This document shows positions 9,675 to 20,521 of a stretch of DNA of 64,000 nucleotides, in pieces. Under the pieces are notes generated by a model that did not search any database, was not told the DNA's origin, and saw only the letters and a program-made list of their open reading frames with translations. The stretch comes from Bacteriovoracaceae bacterium (GTDB taxonomy: Bacteria > Bdellovibrionota > Bacteriovoracia > Bacteriovoracales > Bacteriovoracaceae), in assembly GCA_965217035.1 (NCBI GenBank), contig OZ244226.1, positions 2,152,146 through 2,216,145 on the forward strand, in the 5' to 3' direction. The position numbers and the translations under genes were made by a program. Positions within the stretch are counted from its first letter, which is position 1, and the number at the start of each line of letters is the position of its first letter.

Positions 9675-11786
9675 GTGAGTTTTAAAACCATTACTTTCGA
9701 GAAGAAAGAAAATATCTGTTATATCGGTTTTGGAAAATATGAGGAGAAATCTTTAACGACTCTCTCTCAGCAAACACTTCAAGAACTAGAACAAGCGATT
9801 GATCAAGTTAAAAATGATAATGAGGCAAAAGGGCTCATCTTTTTCTCACATAAAAAAGGATGTTTCCTTGCAGGAGTTGATGTTTCAATTATTCAAAACC
9901 TGAATAGCGAAACAGAGGCAGCTGACGGAGCGAGTGCTGGACAAAATATTTTTAATAAAATTGAAGATCTTAAAGTTTCAACAATGGCCTTAATTGATGG
10001 CTTTTGCTTGGGAGGTGGCCTTGAACTTTCTCTTGCCTGTGATCGGATTATTGTTTCTGATTCTTCTAAGACAAAACTTGGTCTTCCGGAAGTTATGCTT
10101 GGGGTGCTCCCTGGTTTTGGGGGGACTTATAGACTTCCGAAGAAGATCGGTCTTACAAATGCACTTGATATGATCTTAACTGGTAAACAAGTAAGAGCAA
10201 AAAAAGCATTAAAGCTTGATCTGGCTGACTTCATGATGCCAGCGGAGAGGCTTCTTCCTCTCGCTCCAGAATATCTTTTTAAAAAGAAAAAAGATGATGA
10301 TTCTATTGCTGAGAAAGCAACTTCATTTGCAGAAGATAGTTTTTTTGGGAAAAAAATTATCTTCCAGAAGGCGAGAGAGTCGGTGATGTCAAAAACAAAA
10401 GGTTTTTATCCTGCGCCATTAAAAGTTCTCGAAGTTCTTGAAAAATATATGGGGAAATCAAGAGAGGACTTTCTTCACCAAGAAGCAAAAGCTTTTGGAG
10501 AGCTTTCTCAAACAACTCAGTCAAAAAATCTCACGAGTCTTTTTTTTCTTCAAGATACAGCCAAAAAAGCGCGAGGTGAAGAAACAGATAATCTTCAGCA
10601 AGGAGCTGTACTGGGAGCTGGTACGATGGGTGGAGGGATTGCATGGTTCTATGCTCATAACGGCATTCCATCTTATATGAAAGATCTTAATGAGGAAGCT
10701 CTTAATCTTGGATTAAAGCAAGCCTCTAGTAATTTCTCTAGAGCTTTAAAAAGAAAACGTATGACCAAAGATCAATTCGAAAGAAAAATGCGATCGATCT
10801 CTCCGGTTACGACTTATAGTGGTTTTAATAATGTTGATATTCTCATTGAGGCCATTGTTGAAAATATGGATATAAAAAAGTCTGTCCTGAGCGAAGTAGA
10901 GAAAGAAGTTAATTCAAAAACAATTATAACTTCCAATACTTCTTCTTTGAGTATTGAAACGATGGCGAGCGCTCTGGAGACTCCTGAAAGATTCGCGGGA
11001 CTGCACTTTTTTAATCCTGTTCATAAAATGCCTTTGGTAGAGATTATTACTCACAGCAAACTTGATGAAAAAGTTCTCAATGATCTTTATAACTTTGTAC
11101 TTGCTTGTAAGAAGACTCCGGTTATTGTAAAAGATGGGCCAGGTTTTTTGGTCAATAGGATTTTAGCCACTTATCTTAATGAAGCAGGACATCTTTTAGA
11201 AGAAGGTTATTCAATTGAAGATGTCGATCAAGCCGCATTAGATTTTGGGATGCCAATGGGACCATGTCATTTAATGGATGAAGTGGGAATTGATGTCTCT
11301 AATAAGGTCGGAAAAATTCTTTTCGAAGGGCTTGGGAATCGATTTAAACCAGGAGAGCTTTCAGGGATTCTTCTTGATAAGAACTTACTTGGAAAAAAGA
11401 ATCAAAAAGGTTTTTATTTCTATTCTAATTCTGGAAAAAAAGAAGAAATTAATCCAGAGCTGAGTGCAATTCTTCCTCAGTCTAAAAAGTCTGGAGATGT
11501 TCAAGCTCTTCAAATGAGAATGATTCTCCCGATGGTGAATGAAGCTGCCTATTGTCTTGAAGATAAGATTGTTGAAAAAGCTAAAGATATTGATCTTGCT
11601 ATGATCTTCGGTATCGGATTTCCTCCCTTTAGAGGCGGTTTGCTTAAGTATGCGGATGACCATGGTCTTGAACGAATCGTTACGGCGCTTAAACGTTTTC
11701 AATCAGAGGTGAGTTCAGAGAGATTTGCAGTCTCTTCACTTCTCGACAGTTTTGTTGAGAAAAAGATGAATTTTTACGATTTTTAA
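9675..11786 (+). CDS. fadJ: fatty-acid oxidation complex alpha subunit (enoyl-CoA hydratase/3-hydroxyacyl-CoA dehydrogenase)
   Basis: Crotonase domain (CLGGGLEL, GLPEV), GAGTMGGG Rossmann motif, SNTSS, HFFNPV and GFPPFRGG. Confidence 0.9.
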   Translation: MSFKTITFEKKENICYIGFGKYEEKSLTTLSQQTLQELEQAIDQVKNDNEAKGLIFFSHKKGCFLAGVDVSIIQNLNSETEAADGASAGQNIFNKIEDLKVSTMALIDGFCLGGGLELSLACDRIIVSDSSKTKLGLPEVMLGVLPGFGGTYRLPKKIGLTNALDMILTGKQVRAKKALKLDLADFMMPAERLLPLAPEYLFKKKKDDDSIAEKATSFAEDSFFGKKIIFQKARESVMSKTKGFYPAPLKVLEVLEKYMGKSREDFLHQEAKAFGELSQTTQSKNLTSLFFLQDTAKKARGEETDNLQQGAVLGAGTMGGGIAWFYAHNGIPSYMKDLNEEALNLGLKQASSNFSRALKRKRMTKDQFERKMRSISPVTTYSGFNNVDILIEAIVENMDIKKSVLSEVEKEVNSKTIITSNTSSLSIETMASALETPERFAGLHFFNPVHKMPLVEIITHSKLDEKVLNDLYNFVLACKKTPVIVKDGPGFLVNRILATYLNEAGHLLEEGYSIEDVDQAALDFGMPMGPCHLMDEVGIDVSNKVGKILFEGLGNRFKPGELSGILLDKNLLGKKNQKGFYFYSNSGKKEEINPELSAILPQSKKSGDVQALQMRMILPMVNEAAYCLEDKIVEKAKDIDLAMIFGIGFPPFRGGLLKYADDHGLERIVTALKRFQSEVSSERFAVSSLLDSFVEKKMNFYDF

Positions 11787-12961
11787 TGGCAAAGCTTAAG
11801 TCCTTTATATCCTATTTTGTGAAATACATTTTTCACTCAAAAACACGCCAGCGACTAATATATCTCGCGATTATAGGTTTATTTCTTTCATCTCTCTCTC
11901 TCTTGGTCCTTCAAGGAATTATGCAAGGCCTTCAAGGGAATTTAATAAAAAGAAATAAAGCAGCACAAGGAACTTTTAAGATTGATGTTCAATATTTAGA
12001 GCAAGCTAAGCTGCAAGAGCTAGAGAGAGCGTTAAAAGATCAAAAAATTTCTTATTCTAGAGAGTATGAGATTGAACTTCTGGCTAAATATGATGCTTAT
12101 ATTGCACCTGTTGTTCTAAGAGGAGTGGATTTTAACTTTTATACTCCTGATTTCTTAAAGAAAACAGAAATTTCGGGTGTGGTTTTAGGAGCTGATCTTT
12201 CAAATAGATTGAAGTCTCCCGTTTTATCGGAACTGACTTTTTTCTCCCCGTCGCATACTGATGAAATGTTTGGAGATATCCCTTTAATGTCAGTGGAGAT
12301 GGTCTCTGACATTGCTTTAACAGAGGTTATTGAAGTTGATCAAGTCACAGCTTGGGTGGATGTCACCTTTGTTCAAAACCTTATAAGGGAGGAGACAATT
12401 AATACATTAAGGTTTTTTAACGATGCTTCAATTATTACTGTTGAAAAGATATTGAAAAAACCTGATTTCAGTTCGATCTCAATTCTTACTTGGGAAGAGC
12501 AAAATCCCTCTTTGCTCTGGGCATTTCGTTTAGAAACCATTGTGATGATTTCACTTTTTGTTTGTATGTGCTTTCTTGTTTCTCTAACGATTGTTTCAGG
12601 AAATCTTATCTTTTTTAGTCGAATAAGACTTGACCTGATTAGCTTCTGGATATTAGGGCTTTCTAAAAAAACGATCACATGGCTTATGATCGTTTATTTT
12701 CAATTAAAAACCATTATCACATGTTTGTTAGGACTTGTTGCCGGGGGAGGAATCCTTTGGTGGCTTAAAAATTATGCCCCTGAAATAATGCCCGATGTTT
12801 TTTTAGAGAGGTCTTTACCGGTAGAAGTTGAAAGTTCTCATCTTCTGATTGCCTTCTGTGTTCCTTATCTCGTTTCTTCTACTTTTACAGTTTACGCGAT
12901 TCTTATGTTCAATAAAGAAAATTCATCTTATGTCGAAGTTTTAAGAAAAGTAGGAGACTAG
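11786..12961 (+). CDS. LolC/LolE-like (FtsX family) ABC permease
   Basis: One TM helix, a large periplasmic loop, three TM helices; WEEQNPSL..AFRLE motif. Confidence 0.7.
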   Translation: MAKLKSFISYFVKYIFHSKTRQRLIYLAIIGLFLSSLSLLVLQGIMQGLQGNLIKRNKAAQGTFKIDVQYLEQAKLQELERALKDQKISYSREYEIELLAKYDAYIAPVVLRGVDFNFYTPDFLKKTEISGVVLGADLSNRLKSPVLSELTFFSPSHTDEMFGDIPLMSVEMVSDIALTEVIEVDQVTAWVDVTFVQNLIREETINTLRFFNDASIITVEKILKKPDFSSISILTWEEQNPSLLWAFRLETIVMISLFVCMCFLVSLTIVSGNLIFFSRIRLDLISFWILGLSKKTITWLMIVYFQLKTIITCLLGLVAGGGILWWLKNYAPEIMPDVFLERSLPVEVESSHLLIAFCVPYLVSSTFTVYAILMFNKENSSYVEVLRKVGD

Positions 12962-12962
12962 G

Positions 12963-14597
12963 TTGAAAAGACTTGAAAGAAACTTTGTACAATGGATTTT
13001 CTTCCATTTTTTTGAATTCATTTGGTTTTATGTAGGAGCTTTGATTTGTCTCTACGCTCTCCATAGCTTTCAAGTACAACTTCCTAAACTTGCAAAAGAC
13101 CTAGGTGACAATATTATTAATGGAGATCTTGAGAACTCGACAATTAGTTCTTTCATTCTCTTGGCATTCGCTATCTTCTTCTTTAGAACTTGCTCTCGTT
13201 ATCTTTTCTTTTTACCAGCGAGAGTTCAACAGAAGAATTTGAGAGTTGAGATTGTTGAAAAACTTCAAGCTGCTATTCCTGAAAACTATCAGTCTTATTC
13301 TCCCGGACAAATTTATCAAATTCTTTTTAATGATTTTAATCGGCTAAGAGGGTTTATTGGTTTTGCATTATTACAGGTAGGTAATATCATTATTGCTTCT
13401 TATATCCTCGTTCCAGAAATTGAAAAAATCGATTCCAATATTTTTGTTGCGTTTACTCCGGTTGTTGTTGCTATTTTAATTTTCTCTGTCGTTATCTTTG
13501 CCTTTCAACCTTTCCTAAGAAAGGGACTTGATATCCAAGGAGATGTTCAAAACACCATTATTGAAACTTTCGATGCTAAGGATAGCATCTCGAGTTTTCA
13601 GAAACAAAAATCTTTTCTTGATGTCTTTAATCGGATCAGTAATAGAGAATTGAATCTTTTCTTTTTAGCAAGTATAGGGCCTGCCGTTGCAAGACCTCTG
13701 ATTCCAACAGGGGTTTCTTTGTCATTACTTTGGGGAGCAATTATTATTCAAAAACTTGGCCTCGGTGTTACTTACTTAATTATGTATTCAGGGTTTCTTT
13801 TCTTAGTCTTGGAACCTTTGATGTTTTTAGCTTGGATTGGAATTATAATTGCGGGAGCCTTGAGTAGTTGGGGAAGAATTAAAGATCTTTTATCAAGTAT
13901 CGCTGAAAAAAATATACCTAAAGGGACGTACAAAAAATCTAATGTAAACTTTGACATTCCTTTTTGGGATAGATCTATTAATTTGCAGCTTAAGAAAGAA
14001 ACTCTTATTGGACTTTGTGGGAAAACAGGCTCTGGAAAGTCTGTTGTTCTTGGTTTAGTTGCTCAACATCTGAAGTATCATAACGAAGCGATCTCTTTTG
14101 TTCCTCAAGAACCTCATCTTTTTAATGATTCAGTAGAAAACAATATTCTTCTTGGAAAAGAAATGAATGAAGAGATTAGAGAGAAAGTTTCCGATCTTCT
14201 TCATGTTATGGGCTTTGATCAACTTGGATCAAGTTTCGAAGAAATCATGAAAACTGAGGTTGGAGAAAACGGAAAAAAACTTTCAGGTGGCCAAGTAAAG
14301 AGACTTTCTTTAATTAGAAGTTTAATCTCTGACTCAAAATTTCTAATCTGGGATGACCCTTTTTCTTCTGTCGATAATATTCTCGAAGCAAGTATTCTTC
14401 GCTCACTTTTTGATAAAGGATATTTTAACAAAAGATATATTCTTCTCAGTTCTCACCGACTGACAACGTTTAATCACGTTAAAGAGGTCTATTATTTAGA
14501 AGAAGGAGGAGATTATGAATTTGAAAAGGTTGAAAATAAAATAAAGAATGAAAAAATTAATCAGTTCTTTAAATTTCAAATGGCTTTATTATCTTAG
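12963..14597 (+). CDS. ABC exporter half-transporter (MdlA-like)
   Basis: TMD plus NBD: GKTGSGKS, LSGGQ, Walker B LIWDD (non-catalytic Asp), SSHR. Confidence 0.85.
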   Translation: MKRLERNFVQWIFFHFFEFIWFYVGALICLYALHSFQVQLPKLAKDLGDNIINGDLENSTISSFILLAFAIFFFRTCSRYLFFLPARVQQKNLRVEIVEKLQAAIPENYQSYSPGQIYQILFNDFNRLRGFIGFALLQVGNIIIASYILVPEIEKIDSNIFVAFTPVVVAILIFSVVIFAFQPFLRKGLDIQGDVQNTIIETFDAKDSISSFQKQKSFLDVFNRISNRELNLFFLASIGPAVARPLIPTGVSLSLLWGAIIIQKLGLGVTYLIMYSGFLFLVLEPLMFLAWIGIIIAGALSSWGRIKDLLSSIAEKNIPKGTYKKSNVNFDIPFWDRSINLQLKKETLIGLCGKTGSGKSVVLGLVAQHLKYHNEAISFVPQEPHLFNDSVENNILLGKEMNEEIREKVSDLLHVMGFDQLGSSFEEIMKTEVGENGKKLSGGQVKRLSLIRSLISDSKFLIWDDPFSSVDNILEASILRSLFDKGYFNKRYILLSSHRLTTFNHVKEVYYLEEGGDYEFEKVENKIKNEKINQFFKFQMALLS

Positions 14598-16338
14598 ACT
14601 AACAGAGTTTAAGATAACTCTCGCAGTTTTTGGAATCCTCTTAATGGTTTCTTCTCTCATTGGTTATGAGATTCCTCAAGCGATATCAAAGTTATATGAA
14701 AACTATTCTAATCAAGAGCTTTTTAACGAGGGGATTAAAAACCTCTTGCTTCTTTTTGTCAGCCAATATGGAGTACGTTTTGTTTATCAAATTCTTCTTA
14801 GTAATTATGTAAAGCAACTACTGGCGAGCTTAAGAGGGGATCTTTTTAAAAACTGGATCTATTCTCATGATATGGTTCATACGAAAGAGCAGACTTTTGT
14901 CTCTCAAGAAAAATATACGAGGGGAGAGTTTCAAGCTCGCTTAATGAATGATACTGAAGCAATCAGGGAACTTATTACAACAGGAAGTTTAACCATTTTT
15001 ATTGACTTCTTTTTTGTTATTTCTTGTATGATAAGCTTCTTTCAAATTCATCGTTTTTATGGAGTGAGCTTAATCATTGCAGAAGTTCTAGTTTGTTTTT
15101 TTCTGATTCGAATCAGTAAGTTCATGAGACAAGTCTATGCGAAAGTGAGAAAATCTTCAGGTAATTTATCAAGGGTTCTTTCAAGCCTTTCGAATGGAAT
15201 TCAACAGCTTTATTATTCTCGTCATGAAAATTATCCTTTAAAGATTTCCGTTCCTAAATTCGATGACTTTCTAAAAATTCAATTGCGGGCCAACCTTTGG
15301 GATGCAAGTTATTACTCTCTTGCTGAATCTTTATTTCCTGTCCTTTTAGCACTTGTTATTATCGTTTTTCCTTATTCTGAAGTAACAAGTGTCGCTATTC
15401 TTGCGGCATTAATTGATTTAATCCAAAGGTCTATTGGCCCTATTAAGGATATTGCTGGGAAAATCTCTAATATCCAGAGAGCGATGACTGGTGTTGCTCG
15501 AATTACTGAACTTGATCAAGATTTGCAAGAAACAAAAGTTGAGACATCTGAGAATAATAAAGAATCAATTGATCATTTCGAGTTTGCTGTAGATGATTTT
15601 CTTTACCCGAACTCAACAGGGGACTTATTTTCTCTTACAGATATTAATGTAAGCCTAGAGAAAGGAACCAGTTTAGGAGTTGTAGGAAGATCTGGTTGTG
15701 GAAAGTCGACACTTCTGAAGCTTTTAAGTGGGCAAATTTTTTCTGATCAGTTAGAGGTGAGTTTTCTATCTCAAGGAAAGAAAGGGAGTTATAAGCCATC
15801 TGAAGTTTCAGAAGTGAGTACTTTAAGAAAAAGTATTTGTCTTATCTCCCAAGATTCTTATCTTTTTTCTAATACTTTGTTGTTCAATATTACACTCGAG
15901 GAAAATCCGGATCGTGAGCGATTTGATACATTTTGGGAGCAAACTGCAAAAGAGATCCCTTATCTTAAGAAATGGAATTTCACTCCAGATGATGAAGTTA
16001 ATCCTTTAAGCATGTCACAAGGGCAAAAGCAGCTTATTTCTGCTTTGAGGTTTTGTTATCATAGAAAGCCGATTGCTCTTTTTGATGAAATTTCTTCTGC
16101 ACTTGATGGTGAACTAGAAGATGCCCTCTCTCAATTTATTTCTTATATTGAAAAAGATGTCATGATGATTATTGTTGCTCATAGACTTGAAACGCTTATT
16201 CGTTGTGAATCCATTCTTTTTCTAGAAAAAGGCAAACAACTTGCTTTGGGGTCTCATGAAAATCTTTATCAAAACTTTCCTGCTTATCAGAACTTCTTCG
16301 CTGAATTAAAGGGATCTGATATGCTCTTGGAAAACTGA
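14548..16338 (+). CDS. ABC exporter half-transporter (MdlB-like)
   Basis: TMD plus NBD: GRSGCGKS, degenerate signature MSQGQ, ALFDE, VAHR. The asymmetry complements the upstream partner, as in heterodimeric exporters. Confidence 0.85.
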   Translation: MKKLISSLNFKWLYYLRLTEFKITLAVFGILLMVSSLIGYEIPQAISKLYENYSNQELFNEGIKNLLLLFVSQYGVRFVYQILLSNYVKQLLASLRGDLFKNWIYSHDMVHTKEQTFVSQEKYTRGEFQARLMNDTEAIRELITTGSLTIFIDFFFVISCMISFFQIHRFYGVSLIIAEVLVCFFLIRISKFMRQVYAKVRKSSGNLSRVLSSLSNGIQQLYYSRHENYPLKISVPKFDDFLKIQLRANLWDASYYSLAESLFPVLLALVIIVFPYSEVTSVAILAALIDLIQRSIGPIKDIAGKISNIQRAMTGVARITELDQDLQETKVETSENNKESIDHFEFAVDDFLYPNSTGDLFSLTDINVSLEKGTSLGVVGRSGCGKSTLLKLLSGQIFSDQLEVSFLSQGKKGSYKPSEVSEVSTLRKSICLISQDSYLFSNTLLFNITLEENPDRERFDTFWEQTAKEIPYLKKWNFTPDDEVNPLSMSQGQKQLISALRFCYHRKPIALFDEISSALDGELEDALSQFISYIEKDVMMIIVAHRLETLIRCESILFLEKGKQLALGSHENLYQNFPAYQNFFAELKGSDMLLEN

Positions 16339-17313
16339 ATAACTCCGTCGCCAAACACCTTTACTTTCATCTAATTCTAAAAGATAGGGCAGGAGTTGAC
16401 TTGCGAAGTCCTCAGAGCTTTCTCTTGGAAGAAGAGAAGGGAGATTGTCGATAGCAATAATGGAAAGATTTTTGTTTTGAATTATTGGTTTATCGATTTT
16501 TGTTGCTTCATTATAAAGAGGAAGCGTGTTAAATTCTCCTCCTGGATCACAACTGACATCAACAAGCATTGAGCTTTTATTTGATTGATCGACTAATTCT
16601 TGAGTCAGAAATGGAGGAATCTTTCGATTCGAAAGGACACAATTAATTATTAAGTCATATTCTAAAAGTTGAGGAAACGGTCCTCCTATCTTTGTTTCTT
16701 CAAGATCCCAAAGATCAACTTTTTCACAAAAAGGTTTTAAAAAGTCCTTTGCACCTGTTCCGCTTCTTCCAAGTGCTCCAATAACGATAGCTTTTATATT
16801 AGATTTTTTGAGTTCAGAAGCAAGATGATTTTTATCCTTGTAATAAGGCTCAAGAGGAGACTTTGGGTTTTGAATAAGTTTGTAACCAACAGCAGCCCCA
16901 ACATATCCTGCCCAGTAACCGAAAGCTGATACTCGTCGATTATTTTCATCGACTAGATATTCAAGGTCAAAAAGTTTTCCTTCACCTTGTTTGAATCGAG
17001 AAAGAATGTTTTGCCATCCTGGTTGCCCTTTATAAGCATGAGCAAAATAAATATGTGAATGAATGAGTGGTGTTTCTTCCTCCGGAAGCTCTTTAAGGCC
17101 AAGAATGATTGTTTCTTTTGGAGCTTGCTTCCAGCTGTTCGATTCAACCAAAGTGAGACCAAGTTTTTCGTATTCAGAATCTCTGTAAATACAATTAGTT
17201 GATTTTTCTATGAAAACTTTATGCCCGAACTCAGCTAATTTTTTGCAAGCGCTTGGAGGGAGGATCTTCCTCATTTCGTGTGGTTTTGTTTCGTTTCTTA
17301 AGCAAAAATCCAT
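16306..17313 (-). CDS. saccharopine dehydrogenase (NAD+, L-lysine-forming), LYS1-like
   Basis: LRNETKPHEMR, GLKELP, HIYFAHAYKGQ, DLEYL..RRVSAFG, GALGRSG, DVSCD and IDNLPSLLPRESS motifs. Confidence 0.85.
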   Translation of the reverse strand: MDFCLRNETKPHEMRKILPPSACKKLAEFGHKVFIEKSTNCIYRDSEYEKLGLTLVESNSWKQAPKETIILGLKELPEEETPLIHSHIYFAHAYKGQPGWQNILSRFKQGEGKLFDLEYLVDENNRRVSAFGYWAGYVGAAVGYKLIQNPKSPLEPYYKDKNHLASELKKSNIKAIVIGALGRSGTGAKDFLKPFCEKVDLWDLEETKIGGPFPQLLEYDLIINCVLSNRKIPPFLTQELVDQSNKSSMLVDVSCDPGGEFNTLPLYNEATKIDKPIIQNKNLSIIAIDNLPSLLPRESSEDFASQLLPYLLELDESKGVWRRSYSVFQEHIRSL

Positions 17314-17406
17314 TAACCTAATATAACAAATTTCTTGGAGCCTTCAAGTTATAGTCAATCCTCGGTTCAAGCGTTATGATTTTATAAAATAAATGAAGGA
17401 GTATTC

Positions 17407-18432
17407 ATGATCCGTTTTTTCTTTTTAATCATTGTAGGTTTTGGAATCCAATCTTGTTCAGATTCTCATTCTAAAGTTTCATATGTTTATAAAACTGGAG
17501 GTCAACCAGGAGTGGCTGCGAAAGCAGGAGACATTGAGATTAGCTCAACAGAGATTGAAAAGGGTTTGGTTCTCGAGCTTTATGAAAAAGAAAAAGAAAT
17601 TTTTCGATTAAAAGAATCAAAGCTTAAGGAACTTTTAATTAAAAAAATTATTGCTGCGGATCCAAAAGGGAAGGGGCTTTCTGTTGAAGAGTATCTTCAG
17701 AGAAATGTAGTAAGTAAGGCAAAAGTTACTCAAAAAGAGATTGATACTTTTGTAAAAGAACAAAAGATTCCAACAACTCATATGAATGATCAATTTAAAA
17801 ATCAAATCAAAGCTTATTTGAAGAATCAAAAAGAAAGAGAAGTCATCGATGCTTGGCTTGGAAAGAAAATTGGAAAACCTGTTGAGGTATTCTTCCAAAA
17901 GCCTGCTCGTCCTCAGTTTACGATGCCTGCCATCGGAGATTCTCCTGTTTATGGTGACGAAAAATCACCCGTTGCAATTTATGAATACTCTGATTTTCAA
18001 TGCCCTCACTGTGCTCAAGCAGTTAGTATTATCGATAAAATCAAAAAGAAATATAAAGGGAAGGTTAAAATCGTTTATAAGAATTTCCCACTTCCAAACC
18101 ATCCGGATGCGAGAAAGGCGAGCCTTGCAGCGATGTGTGTTCATGAACAAAACAAGGCAAAGTTTTGGGACTTTCATGCCAAGGTATTCGAGAACCAAAG
18201 ATTCCTTTCAGATGATAAACTTAAGCTTTATGCTAAACCTTTAGGGATTGATGAAGCTAAATTTACTGCCTGTCTTGAAAGCAAGAAATACGACAGTCTT
18301 ATAACAAAAGATATTGAAGAGGGGTCTAAACTCGGTATCCGTTCAACTCCAACCTTTTTCGTTAATGGAAAGATTGTCACAGGAGCTCAGTCAGTCGAAG
18401 TTTTCGAAGAAATTATTAAAGAATCCTTATAA
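17407..18432 (+). CDS. DsbA/thioredoxin-fold lipoprotein with N-terminal helical (SurA-N-like) region
   Basis: Lipobox IQSC; EYSDFQCPHC; GIRSTPTFFVNG cis-Pro loop. Confidence 0.85.
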   Translation: MIRFFFLIIVGFGIQSCSDSHSKVSYVYKTGGQPGVAAKAGDIEISSTEIEKGLVLELYEKEKEIFRLKESKLKELLIKKIIAADPKGKGLSVEEYLQRNVVSKAKVTQKEIDTFVKEQKIPTTHMNDQFKNQIKAYLKNQKEREVIDAWLGKKIGKPVEVFFQKPARPQFTMPAIGDSPVYGDEKSPVAIYEYSDFQCPHCAQAVSIIDKIKKKYKGKVKIVYKNFPLPNHPDARKASLAAMCVHEQNKAKFWDFHAKVFENQRFLSDDKLKLYAKPLGIDEAKFTACLESKKYDSLITKDIEEGSKLGIRSTPTFFVNGKIVTGAQSVEVFEEIIKESL

Positions 18433-18447
18433 GTATTTTTATCAATT

Positions 18448-18477
18448 ATCCGAGAGGGAGAATTTTCCTTCTCGGAT
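18448..18477 (+). terminator. stem-loop after the DsbA-like gene
   Basis: ATCCGAGAGGGA ... TCCTTCTCGGAT; no U tract follows, so it may be a stability hairpin instead. Confidence 0.4.
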
Positions 18478-18557
18478 CCCAATATAGCGCATCATGGTAT
18501 ACTTGAGTGAAGTTTCCTTCTTTGGAAATGCATTGATTATTGGGGGCTTATTGATTC

Positions 18558-20507
18558 ATGGATCGAGTCGATTATGCAAAATCATTAAATAGTGAACGCG
18601 CTAAGTTCTACGATTCTCTTGAGAATCTAAAAGAGTCTCATAAGAGAGAAGTTAGTAATTTAAGAGAACAACATGATCATGTTGTTGAACAAAAACGTGA
18701 AGCCTATGATGGAGATATTGAAGACCTCGAGCAACGTTATAATGAACGTGAAGAGGAAATGTCTGATTTTGTTAAAAATGAATTAGAAGATAAAAAAAAT
18801 ATACTTCGAGAAAAGCTCTCTGATGTACGAAGAGATTTTGCTCGAAGAACAAACCAAAGACAAGCAGAATACAGAAATAAAATCAGTGCGCTCAATACCC
18901 AATTTCAAGATAACGTAAGCGAAAAAGAAGAAATGTTCGACAAAATGTTGAATGAAAGAGAAAAAAATCAAAAAGAAAATCTTGAAAACTATATTAAAAA
19001 TAATGATGTAAAAGTTAAGAAATTAACAAGGGACTACAACGATCAAGTTGATCAATTAAAAGAAAATTATATTGCTGATAAACAAGAAAGCGAAAGACTT
19101 CATCAGAGAAAAATGAGAAAGCTGACAAAGGATGAAGCAACTAAACGTTCTAAACTTAGAATGGAGGCAGGAAGGATCATTGATACTCAAAATCAAAGTG
19201 CTAAAAGTAATCTTGATACTTCCAGGAGAGCCTACTACGACAATCTCAATGATCTCAAGCAAAAATATACTGAGAACAATCAAAAAACCATTGAGAACTT
19301 CGAAAAAATTAATCAAAACCAAAGAGAAAAATTTCTTGCTGAACAGACGAAACAAGAAAGGGATCATTCTCGAGAAATAGAGAATCAAAAAGCGAAGTAT
19401 GAGAAAAAGCTCGCTTTAAATGATACTTTTGGAAATAAACGAAACGACATGAATCAGCTGAAAAACCAGTATGATTCAAATATTCTCAAAGAACGTGAGC
19501 GATACCATACAAGGCTTGAACGGATTCAAAAACATAATGAGCAATCCTTGGATAACTTACAGTCCCAAATAGCTGATAAAAACCAACAGAACCTTGTTGA
19601 TCAAAACTACCAAAAGCTTGCTCAGACAAAGAAAGAAGCACTTCTTAGAAGAGATATGGCTCTTCAAAATTCAAGGAATCTAGCAAGAGAACGTACAAAA
19701 AACGTCAATTTGAAGGACGATTACGATCATCTTATTAGAAACCTAAAAAATGATCAGCACAATGAGATAACTCATCTTAGAAGAAAGCAAACTAGCGAGA
19801 AAGATTCACTCACAAAACAGCATGGACTTTTAATCGATGATATGGAGATGCGTTATCAGGAAAACCTTGATGGAATTCGAGCTGATGATATAGAAGATAA
19901 ACGAATTTTCACTAGAAAGCTTGCTAGAGATAGCTATGGGCGAGAGCATGATCTGAGAACAGATCACCAATTTCAAATGGCTTCTCAAAAAAGAGGCTAT
20001 GAGGGGCAGGTTAGCCAACTCAAGAACAGCAAAGATCGAATTGAAGCGAACTATAATGCCAATTTTCAAGCACTTCAGCGAGCGAAGGCCGATGAAATCA
20101 TTGCCCAGAAAGAGTTCCATGAAAACCAAATTATTTCGAAAGATGCAGAACATAGACAAGATCTTCAAATCCGTGAATCAAAGCTACTCTCAGAGATGCA
20201 GTCATTGAGGCGAGAATACAATCAGCGAATGACTGAGCAGGGAATTGAGCATGAGAGAAAGGTCAATGAGCTGACCTCTCAGTATGAAACGCAATTGCGA
20301 ACTCAAAACAACCAGCTAAAAAAAGAAATGCAACAGCAACAGAGCAAAAACAAAATTATGCAAGATCGGATGAAATCGGACTTTGAAAGTCGTAAAGAAA
20401 GGCTTATAACTCATTATGAGAATGTAATTCAAGATTTAAAGAAGAATCATAATCAAGAAGTTGATAATTTCAGGGCCTTTATCCGAGAGGAGCGATCCAA
20501 GGCCTAA
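18558..20507 (+). CDS. long coiled-coil protein
   Basis: 649 aa rich in E/K/Q/R/N/L; no Pro, Cys or Trp seen; no TM segment. Confidence 0.75.
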   Translation: MDRVDYAKSLNSERAKFYDSLENLKESHKREVSNLREQHDHVVEQKREAYDGDIEDLEQRYNEREEEMSDFVKNELEDKKNILREKLSDVRRDFARRTNQRQAEYRNKISALNTQFQDNVSEKEEMFDKMLNEREKNQKENLENYIKNNDVKVKKLTRDYNDQVDQLKENYIADKQESERLHQRKMRKLTKDEATKRSKLRMEAGRIIDTQNQSAKSNLDTSRRAYYDNLNDLKQKYTENNQKTIENFEKINQNQREKFLAEQTKQERDHSREIENQKAKYEKKLALNDTFGNKRNDMNQLKNQYDSNILKERERYHTRLERIQKHNEQSLDNLQSQIADKNQQNLVDQNYQKLAQTKKEALLRRDMALQNSRNLARERTKNVNLKDDYDHLIRNLKNDQHNEITHLRRKQTSEKDSLTKQHGLLIDDMEMRYQENLDGIRADDIEDKRIFTRKLARDSYGREHDLRTDHQFQMASQKRGYEGQVSQLKNSKDRIEANYNANFQALQRAKADEIIAQKEFHENQIISKDAEHRQDLQIRESKLLSEMQSLRREYNQRMTEQGIEHERKVNELTSQYETQLRTQNNQLKKEMQQQQSKNKIMQDRMKSDFESRKERLITHYENVIQDLKKNHNQEVDNFRAFIREERSKA

Positions 20508-20521
20508 AAGGGTGATGGACG

